Below are positions 37,042-48,771 of a stretch of 64,000 nt of DNA, piece by piece (the first letter of the stretch is position 1; each line of letters starts with the position of its first letter). The notes beneath the pieces were generated by a model. It was not told where the DNA came from, did no database searches, and was given only the letters and a program-made list of their open reading frames with translations. Location: positions 1 to 64,000 of the forward strand of contig BROI01000017.1 in the NCBI GenBank assembly GCA_027923505.1, written 5' to 3'. A program made the translations under genes and the position numbers. The stretch comes from Mayamaea pseudoterrestris (taxonomy: Eukaryota).

Positions 37042-37193
37042 TGCAAGATGGAGATTTATAGCCTTTATAAGAGAATAAGAAAGGCAGATTTACGTAGTAA
37101 GCAGTGGTCCCAAGTTGGCTTTACTATTGTCGGAAGTGACTTTGACGCCATGGTCGATCATCGACACGTTTCGCTGGAGATAGCAGTGTGGTG

Positions 37194-37371
37194 TAAAGTG
37201 TACTGCCAATAACTTTGAAAAGAATCAAAGTTATTGGCACTACACTTTAGCTCATAGTGCCAAAAATCAAAGTTATTGGCACTACACTTTAGCTCATAGT
37301 GCAAAAATCAAAGTTTTTGGCACTACACTTTAACCCATAGTGAAAATCAAAGTTTTTGGCACTACACTTTG
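37194..37371. repeat. Family B element: ~25-bp inverted repeat followed by four tandem ~39-42-bp units
   Basis: taaagtgtactgccaataactttga pairs with tcaaagttattggcactacacttta. Units aatcaaagtt(a/t)ttggcactacacttt start at 37223, 37265, 37306 and 37345. Confidence 0.9.
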
Positions 37372-37486
37372 CGGCACAGTCGATCATTCATCTTGAGTGT
37401 CGCTGCGACATTTGACTTCATCGCATGGTTCACCATGACGAATCCATCAAACTCGCTGCTGCAACGCTGCAACTATCATAAGCATT

Positions 37487-40400
37487 ATGAGCTCATCTAC
37501 TTCATCAGTTACATTACTTCCAAGATTTGAGTCTATATTGTCGTCGGAAGATCTTGCTGCTTCCATATTAGAGCATTTTTCATCAGTAGACCAAGTCGTT
37601 TCACTCGGCCTCGTTTCAAAATCATGCAGGCAATCGAGTCGATGCGATTCCGTCTGGCGCATCTTTTTGGAGCGCCGATGGAACGTGACTGCAACGAACC
37701 AGCAGAAGACCGACTACTATCAAGCCTACAAGCGAGCCTTTCAGAATTCTCATGATTTGTGGATTTTGCATTCCAATATTGTCTGGCCTTGGGAAGGGAT
37801 TGTTGCAGGGCATTGTGGAATTCTGGAAGAAAGTGAACGAGACGACATGTCGGCAGCAAGAGCAAGCATTGCAATGAAGCAGCTGCAGAAGCACAGTGAG
37901 AGTAACCAGTGCCATCAATCAACTGCTTGTTGTCCTACTTGTCGTCTCCACGAAGCTGCGAGAACAACTGCACCATTTCCTCCTCCATCGACACGAGCCC
38001 AAGCCATGGCGGAAGCAACGCGACTCGTCCAACGGAAACTAGCTCACTTGCAGCCAAATTACAATCCACCATCAACTGCAACGATTACTTGCGCCTTTGA
38101 GTATGCTGCAACACAAAATCGTCGACTTGATACGCGGCAGTATCGCATCAATGAAGACTGTCGACTCTTGAACGACTTGCTTTTCTTCAATGTCAACGAA
38201 CCTAACGACGAAGAAGATGATAACAATGATGCAATACTGAATGACAAAAAGTCAAACGTTCCAGCTACTGCTACAGCCACTGCCTCGACTACCAGTAGTA
38301 CCAGTACCCTGCCGACAATCCACAATCATTCTGCGACGACCCATTCCTGGCATGTTGCGCGCTTTACCAATCCAACCTTTCGTCCCATACTATTTGAAAT
38401 TGTCATCCAACGCCCCGAATGCTTTTTTGCTTATCCAAATCAAGGTTATATAAAGCCTGGAGCATGTTTGCAAATTGTCTTTTACGTTGCTGCAAGGAGT
38501 CAAGCTGACAAACTGCAAAATTTGCCACCAGCTCCATACCTGATACGATATCGATTCGCCATTCAACCTCCCCTATTTGACGCAAGCATCATGGCCGATC
38601 CAACAAAGCCAACAACTGCGCCACTACTGCAAGTCAATATTGACGCGACACGAGAAAACATGGAGCCGCGACAGGAAACAATAGACTTTCATTGGCGACT
38701 AGCGCATCCAGCACATGCCATGCGAACAATATCACTTTCGGCGCATGTTCATTCGCATTACCACTTGCACGATTTCATGGATCGAGCTTGTCATCCAATC
38801 ACTTTTCAGAAAGCCATGGACGAAGGACTTGAAACGTTTGTTGCTCCGTGCCTCCAGGAGAGGCATCCGAATAGCCACGCCTACCAAATCTTGAGTGGCG
38901 CCAGCGGCCGCAAAAACAATACCGAGGGACCATGCCAACAATGCTGTAAAGCGACTAGAGAATCGACTGATGCGTCAAGGAAACGACCCTACTCGCCTCC
39001 AACGAAGTGGGGCCTCCGTGACGAAGAATTGCACCAAGCATTCATTATCATGAAGGGCGAGTGTGCATATTTCCGTGAGCGAAAGCAGCAGCGCCGACGA
39101 AACGTGACAGTGATAGTGTCAAGCCTTGAGCGCTTCACCACTATGCACGCGGAGAAGAAGATGGAGCCAATGGCAGTGGCACGAGCGTCTACAATGTTGA
39201 ATTGGGCGTCTCGGCAGATTAGTGGCATGCACAACACTACCGGTGTAACTGGCGACGAAATTGAGGAAACGAACGAACTTTTGCTGCTTGACACGCGCGT
39301 CGATGCGTTGCGCCGCAGATTGGATTTGTCAACGTCAAAGATTGGTAGATTTGAATCACTGCAAAAAGATGACACGGCCGATAGCGAAGGTCACAAGGAA
39401 AGGGGATTCAACTGGGTCAGCATAAAACATCAGTCGATTGGATCCGCCAGGGTGCCAACTCGTTTCGAACAACGGCCGGTAGACGAGCTTCGTTCTTCTT
39501 TGAAGGATGGATTGAGAGAGCATGAGCTCGGAAATTTTCACGCAGCAATTTGTTTGATTCGCAACTCGCCGACATTGTCAAACTTTGGAGTTTACGATCG
39601 AATGCCGTACCCAGGATCTCTAGCTCGTCGACCGAAAATCATGCTGCCAACTCTTTGTCAGCGCATGGAAAAGTTCGAGGTAAACTTGTCTATTCAAACG
39701 CATAATGATCTGCTTGGTGAGGATATAGAGCGCCGGCGCTGGTACTGCAAACTTTTAAACGGACTTGACGTCAACGCCATTGTTGACATCAACAGGAAGT
39801 ACACATGGTCGGATCAAATTATCGATCACAATCATAACATGTACTACTCTATGCATTGCTACTTGCACGGAATTCCTCCCCCAGGAACTGGTCGATATCC
39901 ACTCAGCCGACTTAGCGACGATCTTGGAACGATCGTCCCTCTTGAACTCACAGATCGAGAGCCACCAGTCTTGATTCAAAACGCGCATGAGTCGAGCGAT
40001 GCAGCCGGTGACGCGAGGAACGTTCGTCTACCTCCAGCCCCATTGATCCCTTTCTTTGCGCGGCGAAGAGTTCTTCGTTTCCTCTGGTCCATTGCTTCCC
40101 AGATTGGTTCGGCAATACGCGATGATGCGAATGCTGCCATTGCAGTTATCGATCGTCGGGTCTTGATTGCTACGCAGTTGATTTCCCTGGCTTTTACGGC
40201 TGCTCCACTAATGTGTACCTTGGTCAGTCGGTATTTGTCTTGGATGCCAGCCCAACCGATCCAGCAAGAATTGAATGAGCTCATATTCGAGACTACGACC
40301 CCAAAATCATTGCGCTACTTGACCGCCGGTGAGTGTGGCGTTGGAGCTGTAATGCTTTTGGTGGCATGGATGTATTTGGGTCGATGGGCCGAACGATACA

Positions 40401-41365
40401 CAAGTCGTGACTATATGCACATTTTGAGTGAACACGCGACTCCGTCACCGCATATTTCGCACAAAGACGTTAGCGCGCGTGTGCATCTGCAACACTCCAG
40501 GCTGGTCATGTGGTTATTTGGTGCTTGGGACGATCTTATGCCAATGGCTGTCCAAAAACATTTACTGTTGCCGCCATGGAGTAAGCGGTCCAAGGAAGAA
40601 CAGGCGCATCACGCAGCGTTATGGTCTGGCCGCCAAGACACCAACTACATCGTGTCATCTGCAGCAGGCCGAGCTGGAACCATGTTTGGCGATGGTCGCG
40701 ATGAGAACATTAGCACCGGCTCGGATTTTTCTCTTGCTTGGAAAGTACCGATTGGCCTTATTGCGACACTTTGGAGCTTTTGCTGCTGCACACCGCACTT
40801 TTTCGTTAACTTACTGACAATCGGCACGTGCAGCCTTGGTTTGGGCATGAGCATATCGCTGCAAGTTATCGATCAAAGCTCAAACGTGCGATCGAGCAAT
40901 GGCGTTGCCATTGACGGCGCTGCAGCTAGTGCCCAGGGTGGATCATTCTGGACACGTCTGCGGCTACTTCCACTTTTCGCACTGTCCATTTTAATGGGTC
41001 AACTTGTCGGCACTTCTGGCGGCATCATGTTTCTTGCCGAATTTGTCGTTACTTCTACTAGCTTGCTTTTGGGTGGCGCTATAACCATTTCTTCGAACGC
41101 TATCAAGTCTTGGTGTCTGTTCTTTTGTTTGTCGAGTGGCTCGTTTTGGACTTTCTTGTTTGCTCGAGTGGCGCTCATGGATGCCGCCCGTCGACGAAGC
41201 ATAGACGCAGCAACGAAGCTTTTATGGAGGGCAGTTTTGATTGTCGCCAGTTGTTGGGCCCTGGTGTTGCTGGCTGGTGACTCGTTGTGGATAAGACCAA
41301 TTGATATGTTGATTCAGCGCGACATTTCTCTGGATGATCCAAACTTGCTCCAGAAATTGCAGTAG
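37487..41365 (+). CDS. F-box protein with probable MSP/PapD-like domain and multi-TM C-terminus
   Basis: N-terminal F-box-like segment (DLAASILEHF....LGLVSKSCR....D.VWR). An MSP-like segment (FTNPT..PILFEI....PE.FFAYPNQGYIKPG) follows, and several hydrophobic helices occur in the last ~400 aa. Confidence 0.65.
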   Translation: MSSSTSSVTLLPRFESILSSEDLAASILEHFSSVDQVVSLGLVSKSCRQSSRCDSVWRIFLERRWNVTATNQQKTDYYQAYKRAFQNSHDLWILHSNIVWPWEGIVAGHCGILEESERDDMSAARASIAMKQLQKHSESNQCHQSTACCPTCRLHEAARTTAPFPPPSTRAQAMAEATRLVQRKLAHLQPNYNPPSTATITCAFEYAATQNRRLDTRQYRINEDCRLLNDLLFFNVNEPNDEEDDNNDAILNDKKSNVPATATATASTTSSTSTLPTIHNHSATTHSWHVARFTNPTFRPILFEIVIQRPECFFAYPNQGYIKPGACLQIVFYVAARSQADKLQNLPPAPYLIRYRFAIQPPLFDASIMADPTKPTTAPLLQVNIDATRENMEPRQETIDFHWRLAHPAHAMRTISLSAHVHSHYHLHDFMDRACHPITFQKAMDEGLETFVAPCLQERHPNSHAYQILSGASGRKNNTEGPCQQCCKATRESTDASRKRPYSPPTKWGLRDEELHQAFIIMKGECAYFRERKQQRRRNVTVIVSSLERFTTMHAEKKMEPMAVARASTMLNWASRQISGMHNTTGVTGDEIEETNELLLLDTRVDALRRRLDLSTSKIGRFESLQKDDTADSEGHKERGFNWVSIKHQSIGSARVPTRFEQRPVDELRSSLKDGLREHELGNFHAAICLIRNSPTLSNFGVYDRMPYPGSLARRPKIMLPTLCQRMEKFEVNLSIQTHNDLLGEDIERRRWYCKLLNGLDVNAIVDINRKYTWSDQIIDHNHNMYYSMHCYLHGIPPPGTGRYPLSRLSDDLGTIVPLELTDREPPVLIQNAHESSDAAGDARNVRLPPAPLIPFFARRRVLRFLWSIASQIGSAIRDDANAAIAVIDRRVLIATQLISLAFTAAPLMCTLVSRYLSWMPAQPIQQELNELIFETTTPKSLRYLTAGECGVGAVMLLVAWMYLGRWAERYTSRDYMHILSEHATPSPHISHKDVSARVHLQHSRLVMWLFGAWDDLMPMAVQKHLLLPPWSKRSKEEQAHHAALWSGRQDTNYIVSSAAGRAGTMFGDGRDENISTGSDFSLAWKVPIGLIATLWSFCCCTPHFFVNLLTIGTCSLGLGMSISLQVIDQSSNVRSSNGVAIDGAAASAQGGSFWTRLRLLPLFALSILMGQLVGTSGGIMFLAEFVVTSTSLLLGGAITISSNAIKSWCLFFCLSSGSFWTFLFARVALMDAARRRSIDAATKLLWRAVLIVASCWALVLLAGDSLWIRPIDMLIQRDISLDDPNLLQKLQ

Positions 41366-42407
41366 TACATCGAACAATATTCTAGTCATGGATTGATGAA
41401 TGAGCAAATGATTGAACTACACACTTAGTTGAAGAACCAGTTGAAGAGAGCCACCCGCCGTGTTGCTGCACCTGTTGCGACCATGTCGCTGGTCGTTACA
41501 TCGGAAGTGCGGACGCCATGCCATTTGTCTCCTCTTTGTTCAAGCGATATGTTTCAAAAACGACTTTGTAAAAATATCCTCTTACCAAGTGCCGCCACCT
41601 TTCGCCTTATCGCCATTAGCTGGGCCCCTGCAATTCACTATCCTTTTGCTTTGGCGGAGAGGAGTCTCGCGCTCAGCAGCTTCAATTGGGTTTTCTGCTT
41701 CTTGCTTATCGGTGCCGCTACATCTGGTGCCGACGCGCTATTTCTTTTTTCGGTGTAAGCTTTCGCTTTCGACGTCTTCCATTTGTTTCATACGAGTTGC
41801 TTTAGACTACGCGTAACTGGGTCATGACGGACGGTGGAGAATTGGGTTCCGTAAAAACGTCTTTGCCCGAAAATTCCTGCCATTAACCAGTTTGCGATCA
41901 TTTTCACCAACTGGAACTGCTTGTTAGTCAAAGCTGGCAAGGCGCCAGAGTGCAACAGTTGGACGTGGCGATAAAGTCGGACGGCGCCTCTGCCCATAGT
42001 AGTGTTTCTGCGTTGAAACGAAACTAGAAGCTCCGCTACTGCGCCCGAATCAAAATATACCAATTGTTGTTCGAGCTGCTTATTACTGTACAATTTTCGA
42101 AGCAGAAGCAGTTCTCGGCCAGATGGGAAAGACTGATTGCTTTTGCAAATTGCAGCTAAAAACTGGTTGAGATGGCACTCGCAATATCGATGCGGCTCCG
42201 CCATCGGCCCGAGTCAAATCCAATATATACTGCAAGTGTTTTGTATAAACTAACTACCGGTAGTATTAAAATGAGGATGCAAAGACAGCCATCATAGTAG
42301 GTCAAGCCGCGCAGAATAGCGACGATCACTCGATCGGCTAGTTTCATGTCGCACTGGTTATTTCACACATTCGGTCCAACCCATCATACGTTCCTCCATT
42401 CTCCAGC

Positions 42408-44660
42408 ATGCCTCCTCCTCCTCGCCGGAGCAGTCGTCAATCCACTGCAACGGGAGCAACAACAGCATCAGTTACAAGTAAAAAACAGCAGCAGTTACCA
42501 TCATGGGCGAAATTGAGTCGTCCACAGCGTCGCGTCGACGATCCCTTGACGTTGGCGGAGGAGGAAGCCTACATGCGCACCAAAACGTATTTTGAATCGG
42601 CTCGATTGATCGACTTGACTGTCAACGAAACGCTGCAGCAACTGCTGGAGACGACGAATATACTGCAGGAAATTAAAGATTTGGCGCTAAGGTATGTGCA
42701 TGATGCGAGTGGAGCGAATGGAGGAGACGAAAAAATGAATCATGAGCAACAAAAAACATCAGAATCATTATCGCAGCCAATCAACAATCAAGAATCAAAT
42801 CACCCCACCAGCGAGGACGACGACATTTGGTCTCGCTACAAACTAGACTCGTCAAAGCCGCAGTCTCGATTCGATCCCCTGCTGCTTCCAGTCTTGACAT
42901 TGGATGGACCCACGCATTCGCTGGATCGGTACGAGTGGATGCGCGTATTGGTGCAAGCCTGCAAGCAACAGTTGCTTCAAACCAGCGTCGTGTGGCTGCA
43001 GTCATTTGCCACCGTATCAGGTCATGGTAATACTAGTAATAATCTTCCATTGTCACGGCTGACGGAGGAACTGACGCGACAGTGCCTGTGGCAGGAGCAT
43101 GAACGAAACCAAGATCAAAACTTGCCTCCAACGCTCACGCAAGCGCAGCTGCGAAGCTGCGGCAACTGCTCCGAACTGCTGCAGCAATGGGCGCGTCAAA
43201 CGGTACATTTTCACCATGGAATACTCGTACTTGTGGATGCGGCGAATGCTACGACTAGCTTGTTGGAGTGGGCGTCGGAGCAACGATCGCTGCACGGTAT
43301 TCCAATATCGATTGTACTTCTTTCTCATTCATCAGCTACCATGCTTTCAAGTGGCAGCAATCTACTCTATTATTTACAAACGCATTCCGATTGTTTAGTG
43401 CAACGCAAGTCGCTTCCGTCTTCGCAAAATGTGCTGCAACAGGTTTGGCAAGCGCTCTACGTCAAGCACGCGTTTGCCTATCACTTGGCCGATCAACCAG
43501 TCTTGTCAGCAGTCACCAGCGCCTTTAACGACAAGCATGGATCGTTTGTTCATGCACTCATGCAAGTCAAGGCGACTCTTGCCGACTTTTTTGCATCCTA
43601 TCGAGGGTCGGCGCTCATGGTGGCGGCCACAGCCAACACTGAACCATCAAGCAGCAAGCCAACCACCACGACTGACATGGCCAAGCGCCGCAAGTGGTTC
43701 ATGCTGGACGCAAACGCCAAGCGGTACTCGTTTCCGCAAAGGGCATCGTCTGTACATCCAACGGCGAGTGGAAGTGGCAAGAAGCGAAAGCGTAAACAAG
43801 ATGAAATTGCTGCCAGTGGCGACGGAATCAATCACAACAATTGCGATCCAATAGCTTGCCTGCAGGAGCTAGAGCAACATCGTCGGCAAGTGGCAATCAT
43901 TATGCAACTGGAAACTTGCTTTTTGCAACATTGGAGGTCCAATGTAGCCGAGAAACAGCAGCAGCCTTTGCATCTCAATACGCAGTCACTTTCGCATGCC
44001 ATGGAATCGTCATCAGCCTTTTCGACCGAGCAAGTATCAAAGGATGCGGTCCGTGACATGATGGCACTACTGTTTCGCTTACAACAAGATGAACTGGACC
44101 GACAAGCAGCCATGATTGCCGATGAATCAATAAATTCGTCGCTGTCCATTCCGCTTTCTAAGACGCCGAATCACAATTCAATACGCGCGTTCATTCACCG
44201 GCTTGTCATTGTGCTTGATCAAGCCTCATTCGTTTCGGATATTTTGTACGTTTTTGATTCGGTACATCAAGCTTGGCATGCAAGCCTGGAGCGCACTTTG
44301 GTGCGACGGTCCGCTCGACAATCCTCCACGCTGCTGCAGCAGCCCATTGTTCGACCTCGTCGCGACACTGTTTTGGGATGGGTCCACCCTGCTGAAATTA
44401 ATATACCGGGCTTGCTCTATCGATTGTTAAATACTTGCTGCTCCGTGACGCTAAACGATTGGTTTGCAATGTTTGTTACTCATCAACGTCGCGAATTGAG
44501 CACACTCGACGACAATGATACGCAGCAGCAACTCTTGATGTTTGCAACTGGCGTGTATTCGCTTCAAGTCCAGGGACTGATCAAAGGCGAGCGCAAGACA
44601 TCAAGCGGCAAATCTGTTTTTGATAAGTCGGTCCTTGTTTGGTGCGGAGTTGATGAGTAG
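42408..44660 (+). CDS. ORC3: Probable origin recognition complex subunit 3 (divergent)
   Basis: The C-terminus LLYRLL....VTLNDWFAMF...FATGVYSLQVQGLIK..RK...W matches the pattern of the ORC3 winged-helix tail. The 750-aa length is consistent with this. Confidence 0.62.
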   Translation: MPPPPRRSSRQSTATGATTASVTSKKQQQLPSWAKLSRPQRRVDDPLTLAEEEAYMRTKTYFESARLIDLTVNETLQQLLETTNILQEIKDLALRYVHDASGANGGDEKMNHEQQKTSESLSQPINNQESNHPTSEDDDIWSRYKLDSSKPQSRFDPLLLPVLTLDGPTHSLDRYEWMRVLVQACKQQLLQTSVVWLQSFATVSGHGNTSNNLPLSRLTEELTRQCLWQEHERNQDQNLPPTLTQAQLRSCGNCSELLQQWARQTVHFHHGILVLVDAANATTSLLEWASEQRSLHGIPISIVLLSHSSATMLSSGSNLLYYLQTHSDCLVQRKSLPSSQNVLQQVWQALYVKHAFAYHLADQPVLSAVTSAFNDKHGSFVHALMQVKATLADFFASYRGSALMVAATANTEPSSSKPTTTTDMAKRRKWFMLDANAKRYSFPQRASSVHPTASGSGKKRKRKQDEIAASGDGINHNNCDPIACLQELEQHRRQVAIIMQLETCFLQHWRSNVAEKQQQPLHLNTQSLSHAMESSSAFSTEQVSKDAVRDMMALLFRLQQDELDRQAAMIADESINSSLSIPLSKTPNHNSIRAFIHRLVIVLDQASFVSDILYVFDSVHQAWHASLERTLVRRSARQSSTLLQQPIVRPRRDTVLGWVHPAEINIPGLLYRLLNTCCSVTLNDWFAMFVTHQRRELSTLDDNDTQQQLLMFATGVYSLQVQGLIKGERKTSSGKSVFDKSVLVWCGVDE

Positions 44661-44683
44661 ATCACGTTGATATTAGGCGCAGC

Positions 44684-44868
44684 ACTACGATCATTGTCGA
44701 GTTGTTCGTTCTGAAGAAGCAATCGCAAGCAACTGCGCAAGCTGTTGATGAGTAGACTACGTTATACATGGCACATAGATCGAGGGCTGTCGGGGCAGCA
44801 CGATTGCTATCGACTTGTTCGTTCCGGAGAAGCAATCGCGAGCAACTGCGCACGAGCAACTGCGCAAG
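44684..44868. repeat. Imperfect ~60-bp direct duplication in the convergent ORC3/DYRK intergenic region
   Basis: cga(g/c)ttgttcgttc..(a/g)agaagcaatcgc(a/g)agcaactgcgca occurs twice, ~114 bp apart. Confidence 0.75.
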
Positions 44869-45033
44869 CACTCTACCACAGAAAATATTCCATCAATTGT
44901 GAAAACAAAGGAGTTACAACAAAACAAATAATTATGATTACATTATGCTATTTCAGTATACGTCATTATGAAACAACAATTCCAAAGAAAATGTCGGAGA
45001 AACAAGATCAAGACAATTGGCAATAGCACAACA

Positions 45034-47129
45034 TTATGGCGAGGCCATGAATGAGGCCACGGCAGCCTCTTGCACTGCGGCATGCGTCGGACTCGTGTCC
45101 GTCGACGTGAGGAATGGATGCTTGAGCGCTTCAGTCGGATTGATTCGGTCCTCGGGTCGATACGCCAGCATCTTGTAGACAAGGTCAACAAACATGTCAT
45201 AATTGCGCTGTGAATTGTACGTCTCGCTCGGCGGATACTTCTTCTTTTGTCGCGAACCCGCCGTGATCACTTCACGGAGACTGGCAATAGGATCTTGACT
45301 TGGTGTAACTGGCGACTTTGGCTCCGACTCGGGCGATGATGTTCCACCACCGCTGTTGCTACTCTCCTTTGCGTCGGATGCCTGCTTGCCGGAAGGTGCC
45401 TTTGACTGGCGCAGTTGCCACTCTTCATACCCAGACAGTGTCTTTGTCTTTTCAAAGAACTGGTACTTGATAGAATCATTCGCCTTGTCCAGCATGGGGT
45501 CTGGAACCATTCCCAGCAGCTTGACAATCTTTTGCATCTGATCAAACTGATCCGACCCCGAAAACAGCGGCTCGCCCGTATGCATCTCGGCCAATATACA
45601 GCCAAGGCTCCACATGTCAATAGAAACGCTATATGGCAAACCAAGCATGACCTCTGGCGAACGGTAAAAGCGAGACTGAATATACGAATACATGCGCTTG
45701 TTCGATCGGCAGGAGCTTCCAAAGTCAATGACCTTGACGGCGCTCTTCTTGGGATGCCGCAGTAGAATATTCTCCGGTTTGAGGTCACAATGTATAATGT
45801 CAACGTCTTTCCGTGCCAGAAACGTAAGCGCTTTGAGTACTTGCTTGGCAAACTTTCGAATTAGGTTGAGCGACACGCCGCCAAACTGCGTATTCTTGAG
45901 CAACTCGTATAAATTAAGGGACAGCATTTCAAACACAAGACATTGATGGTTACGATACATAAAGTGGGTCAGCATGCGGACTATGGAACGAGAGAGAGTG
46001 GTAGGAAACGACGGGTAAGAACAAAAAGTGAATAAGCGACTTGAAAAAAACCAAACCACCGACAATGAAACGTACCAAGATTATGTTGATCATCTGGATC
46101 CTTTTCAAAGAGTACAGTCAATAGTTCAATTTCCGTCTTGGCTTGCAATAAGAATGGTTTCTTGGACTTGATAATTTTGATCGCCACTTCACGCTTGGTT
46201 TCAACATCCTCCGCGCGCACCACTTGACCAAAAGATCCCTTGCCGATGCGCTCCATAATCTTGTATCGTCCGTAGAAAAGCTCGCCTGGAGTAAAAATGT
46301 AGTCGTAATTCTCATCGTCCCAGCCATTGTTGTTACTAGTTGCGCCTCCGGCTGCGGAACTACTCGTTCCACTCGATTGCTGCTGCTGTAGCTTCTTTTC
46401 CTTGGCGCGCTGCGCTCGTCGGGCATCCCGCTCCTCATAGTAAATGGTATTAATTTGCTTGTACGTATCAATCAATGCAATCGATAGCTTGACAATGGGT
46501 CGCTCATTGGGTGGCCGCGTCAACATTGGCGGTTGCATTTGCTGTTGCTTTGGAATTGGTGTCGGCATCATCATCATCATTGTCATGGGATTGTGATGGT
46601 AATTGCTACTCGCCATTGGCGGCGGCTGCGAATAAACGACTGCTCCTGGAATGACATGCTGCTGCTGCTGCTGCTGATGCATGGCCATGGAAGAAACTGG
46701 CGCTGCTGCTGCTGTCGAGGTTGCGTAACTGCTTGCTTGACTCGCGTAAAAGGTTTGCTGCTGCTGCGTCGGCCCGAGGCTAGCGTATGCTACACTCTGC
46801 GGCGGTCCATGATGATTTACAGTTGCAGCAGAAAACTGCTGCTGATGCTGTCGTTGTTGATGATGATGCGATGAAGAAGAAGGAGGCGGCTGCCCGTAAA
46901 GCAAGGCATTTGAATCAAAGTGACTCGGTAATTGTGGCGGCGGCGGATTCGAGTACATTTGCTGCTGCGGATTATACAGGTTTGAATTGTTGTGAATTCC
47001 ATTGTCATACTGTGGCTGCGGCGGAAGATTTTGATTGTGAACATTTCCTCCAGTTCTGCCTGGCCATTGTGACGCGTCTTGCTGCGCGGGTCTTTGCGAT
47101 TGTCGGTATGGATCGTCTTGATGATCCAT
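45034..47129 (-). CDS. DYRK1: DYRK1/minibrain-type dual-specificity kinase (2 exons)
   Basis: A DH box (GWDDENYDY) and the motifs GKGSFGQV, HCDLKPENILL, DFGSSC and YSYIQSRFYRSPEV. The intron lies at 45981..46075 and the N-terminus is Q/P-rich. Confidence 0.93.
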
Positions 47130-48048
47130 CGTCGCTCGCCAAATGGTATCCGTCAATTGCTGCGTTATAGTTAACAATCAAATGATGGAACGGCTAAATC
47201 TTCCTTTCTTTACTGATTCAATGAATGAATGACTTGAAGGCAAGAAAAACTGAAAGCTGAGAGTCACAAGTAGCGCTTGTTCTCTCGACTTCCAACCGAA
47301 TCGTCCTTTGACTCTCAATGGAATGCAGCAAGGCCTCAATAATAATCAAACAAGACTTTATACTCTCGACTCGTTTCTCCTTTGTTTGTAAATTGCTGCA
47401 GACTCGTCAAGTCGTCTTGTCGAAAAGTCTCTCCACTTGCTTGGGCGAGAGAAATTTGACGTGTCACACCGAGAGAATCGAACGGCCGTTTTGACTTTCA
47501 CTCAGCAACCAGCAAGTCTACTATACAAGGCAGAACAGTAGTCGACAAGTATAGATGCAGGTATACTTGTTGCAGAGACAAGCATGCATTTCCTTGCTTG
47601 CCTCGTCTTGCTGGATGGAACGATACTAATTATGCTGCTCGGTCGCTGAAAAAGGGCAACCAGTCTCGCTGAAGAATTGCGAGGCACCAACCAGCGCGGT
47701 GGAAGGAGTCGTGAGTCACGAGTCATGACGCGAACGCCAAAGGTTTCGCAAAAGGATACTCAAGGGCTATATTAAAAAACTCGACGGCAGAAGGCGTCAC
47801 ACGTAACCAGCTCGGGACTTGAGTATTTAAACCTGCATGAACGATGGCAACCGCGGCGCCGCACCATGAAACCACAAGTCACGAAGGAAGTTAAAGAACG
47901 CAGCCATCGAGCCATTCCACGACAGCAATAGCAACATCAAGAAGCCTTGATAAAGAGGGGCGATGCTTGTCGACGTTGAACATGCTTGTAGCTGTTCCTT
48001 CATTCGCAGTCTAATCGTTACAAGTGGAACCACGCCATGAGGCGACTC

Positions 48049-48656
48049 CAAAACGAGTGCCAGTGTCAATTACGTCACCAGGCAATAGTACGAAACGAGT
48101 GCCAGTGTCAATTACGTCATAGGGCTTATCTACGAAACGAGTGCCAGTGTCAATTACGTCATAAGGCTTAACTACGAAACGAGTGCCAGTGTCAATTACG
48201 TCACCGAGGCAATAATACGAAACGAGTGCCAGTGAAAACTGCGTCATCGATCGAAACGAGTGCCAGTGAAAACTACGTCACAAGGCAATAGTACGAAACG
48301 AGTGCCAGTGAAAACTACGTCACAAGGCAATAGTACGAAACGAGTGCCAGTGTCAATTACGTCATAGGGCTGATCTACAAAACAAGTGCCAGTGTCAATT
48401 ACGTCACAAGGTTTAACTGCGAAACGAGTGCCAGTGTCAGTTACGTCACCGAGGCAATAATACGAAACGAGTGCCAGTGAAAACTGCGTCATCGATCGAA
48501 ACGAGTGCCAGTGAAAACTAAGTCACAAGGCAATAGTACGAAACGAGTGCCAGTGAAAACTACGTCACAAGGCAATAGTACGAAACGAGTGCCAGTGAAA
48601 ACTACGTCACAAGGCAATAGTACGAAACGAGTGCCAGTGAAAACTACGTCATAAAA
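48049..48656 (-). repeat. 42-bp minisatellite array, family A copy 2 (~15 units, with a 245-bp higher-order duplication)
   Basis: The unit gaaacgagtgccagtgaaaactacgtcacaaggcaatagtac occurs at 48253, 48295 and onward. The shortened variant unit containing gcgtcatcgatcg recurs 245 bp apart. Confidence 0.95.
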
Positions 48657-48771
48657 GGAGGTCCATCATCGCCATTTGCACGGCGGGTCGGTCGTCGACT
48701 TGGAATGTGCATCCGCCGCTTCGTCATCACACCTCGTCATTCTTCTCGAACAAACAATCCACGACACTAGC

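Noticed and set aside
41429..42347. Short ORFs between the F-box and ORC3 genes
   Set aside because: No recognisable motif and several stops. This may be a decayed fragment, but I cannot support that.
48011..48492. Repeat-peptide ORFs (VIDTGTRFVLLPYD)n in family A arrays
   Set aside because: They stay open only because 42 is divisible by 3. Frames break at variant units and there is no independent sign of coding.
48011..48656. 42-bp arrays as CRISPR arrays
   Set aside because: The inter-core segments are homologous to one another rather than unique spacers, there are no cas genes, and the context is eukaryotic.
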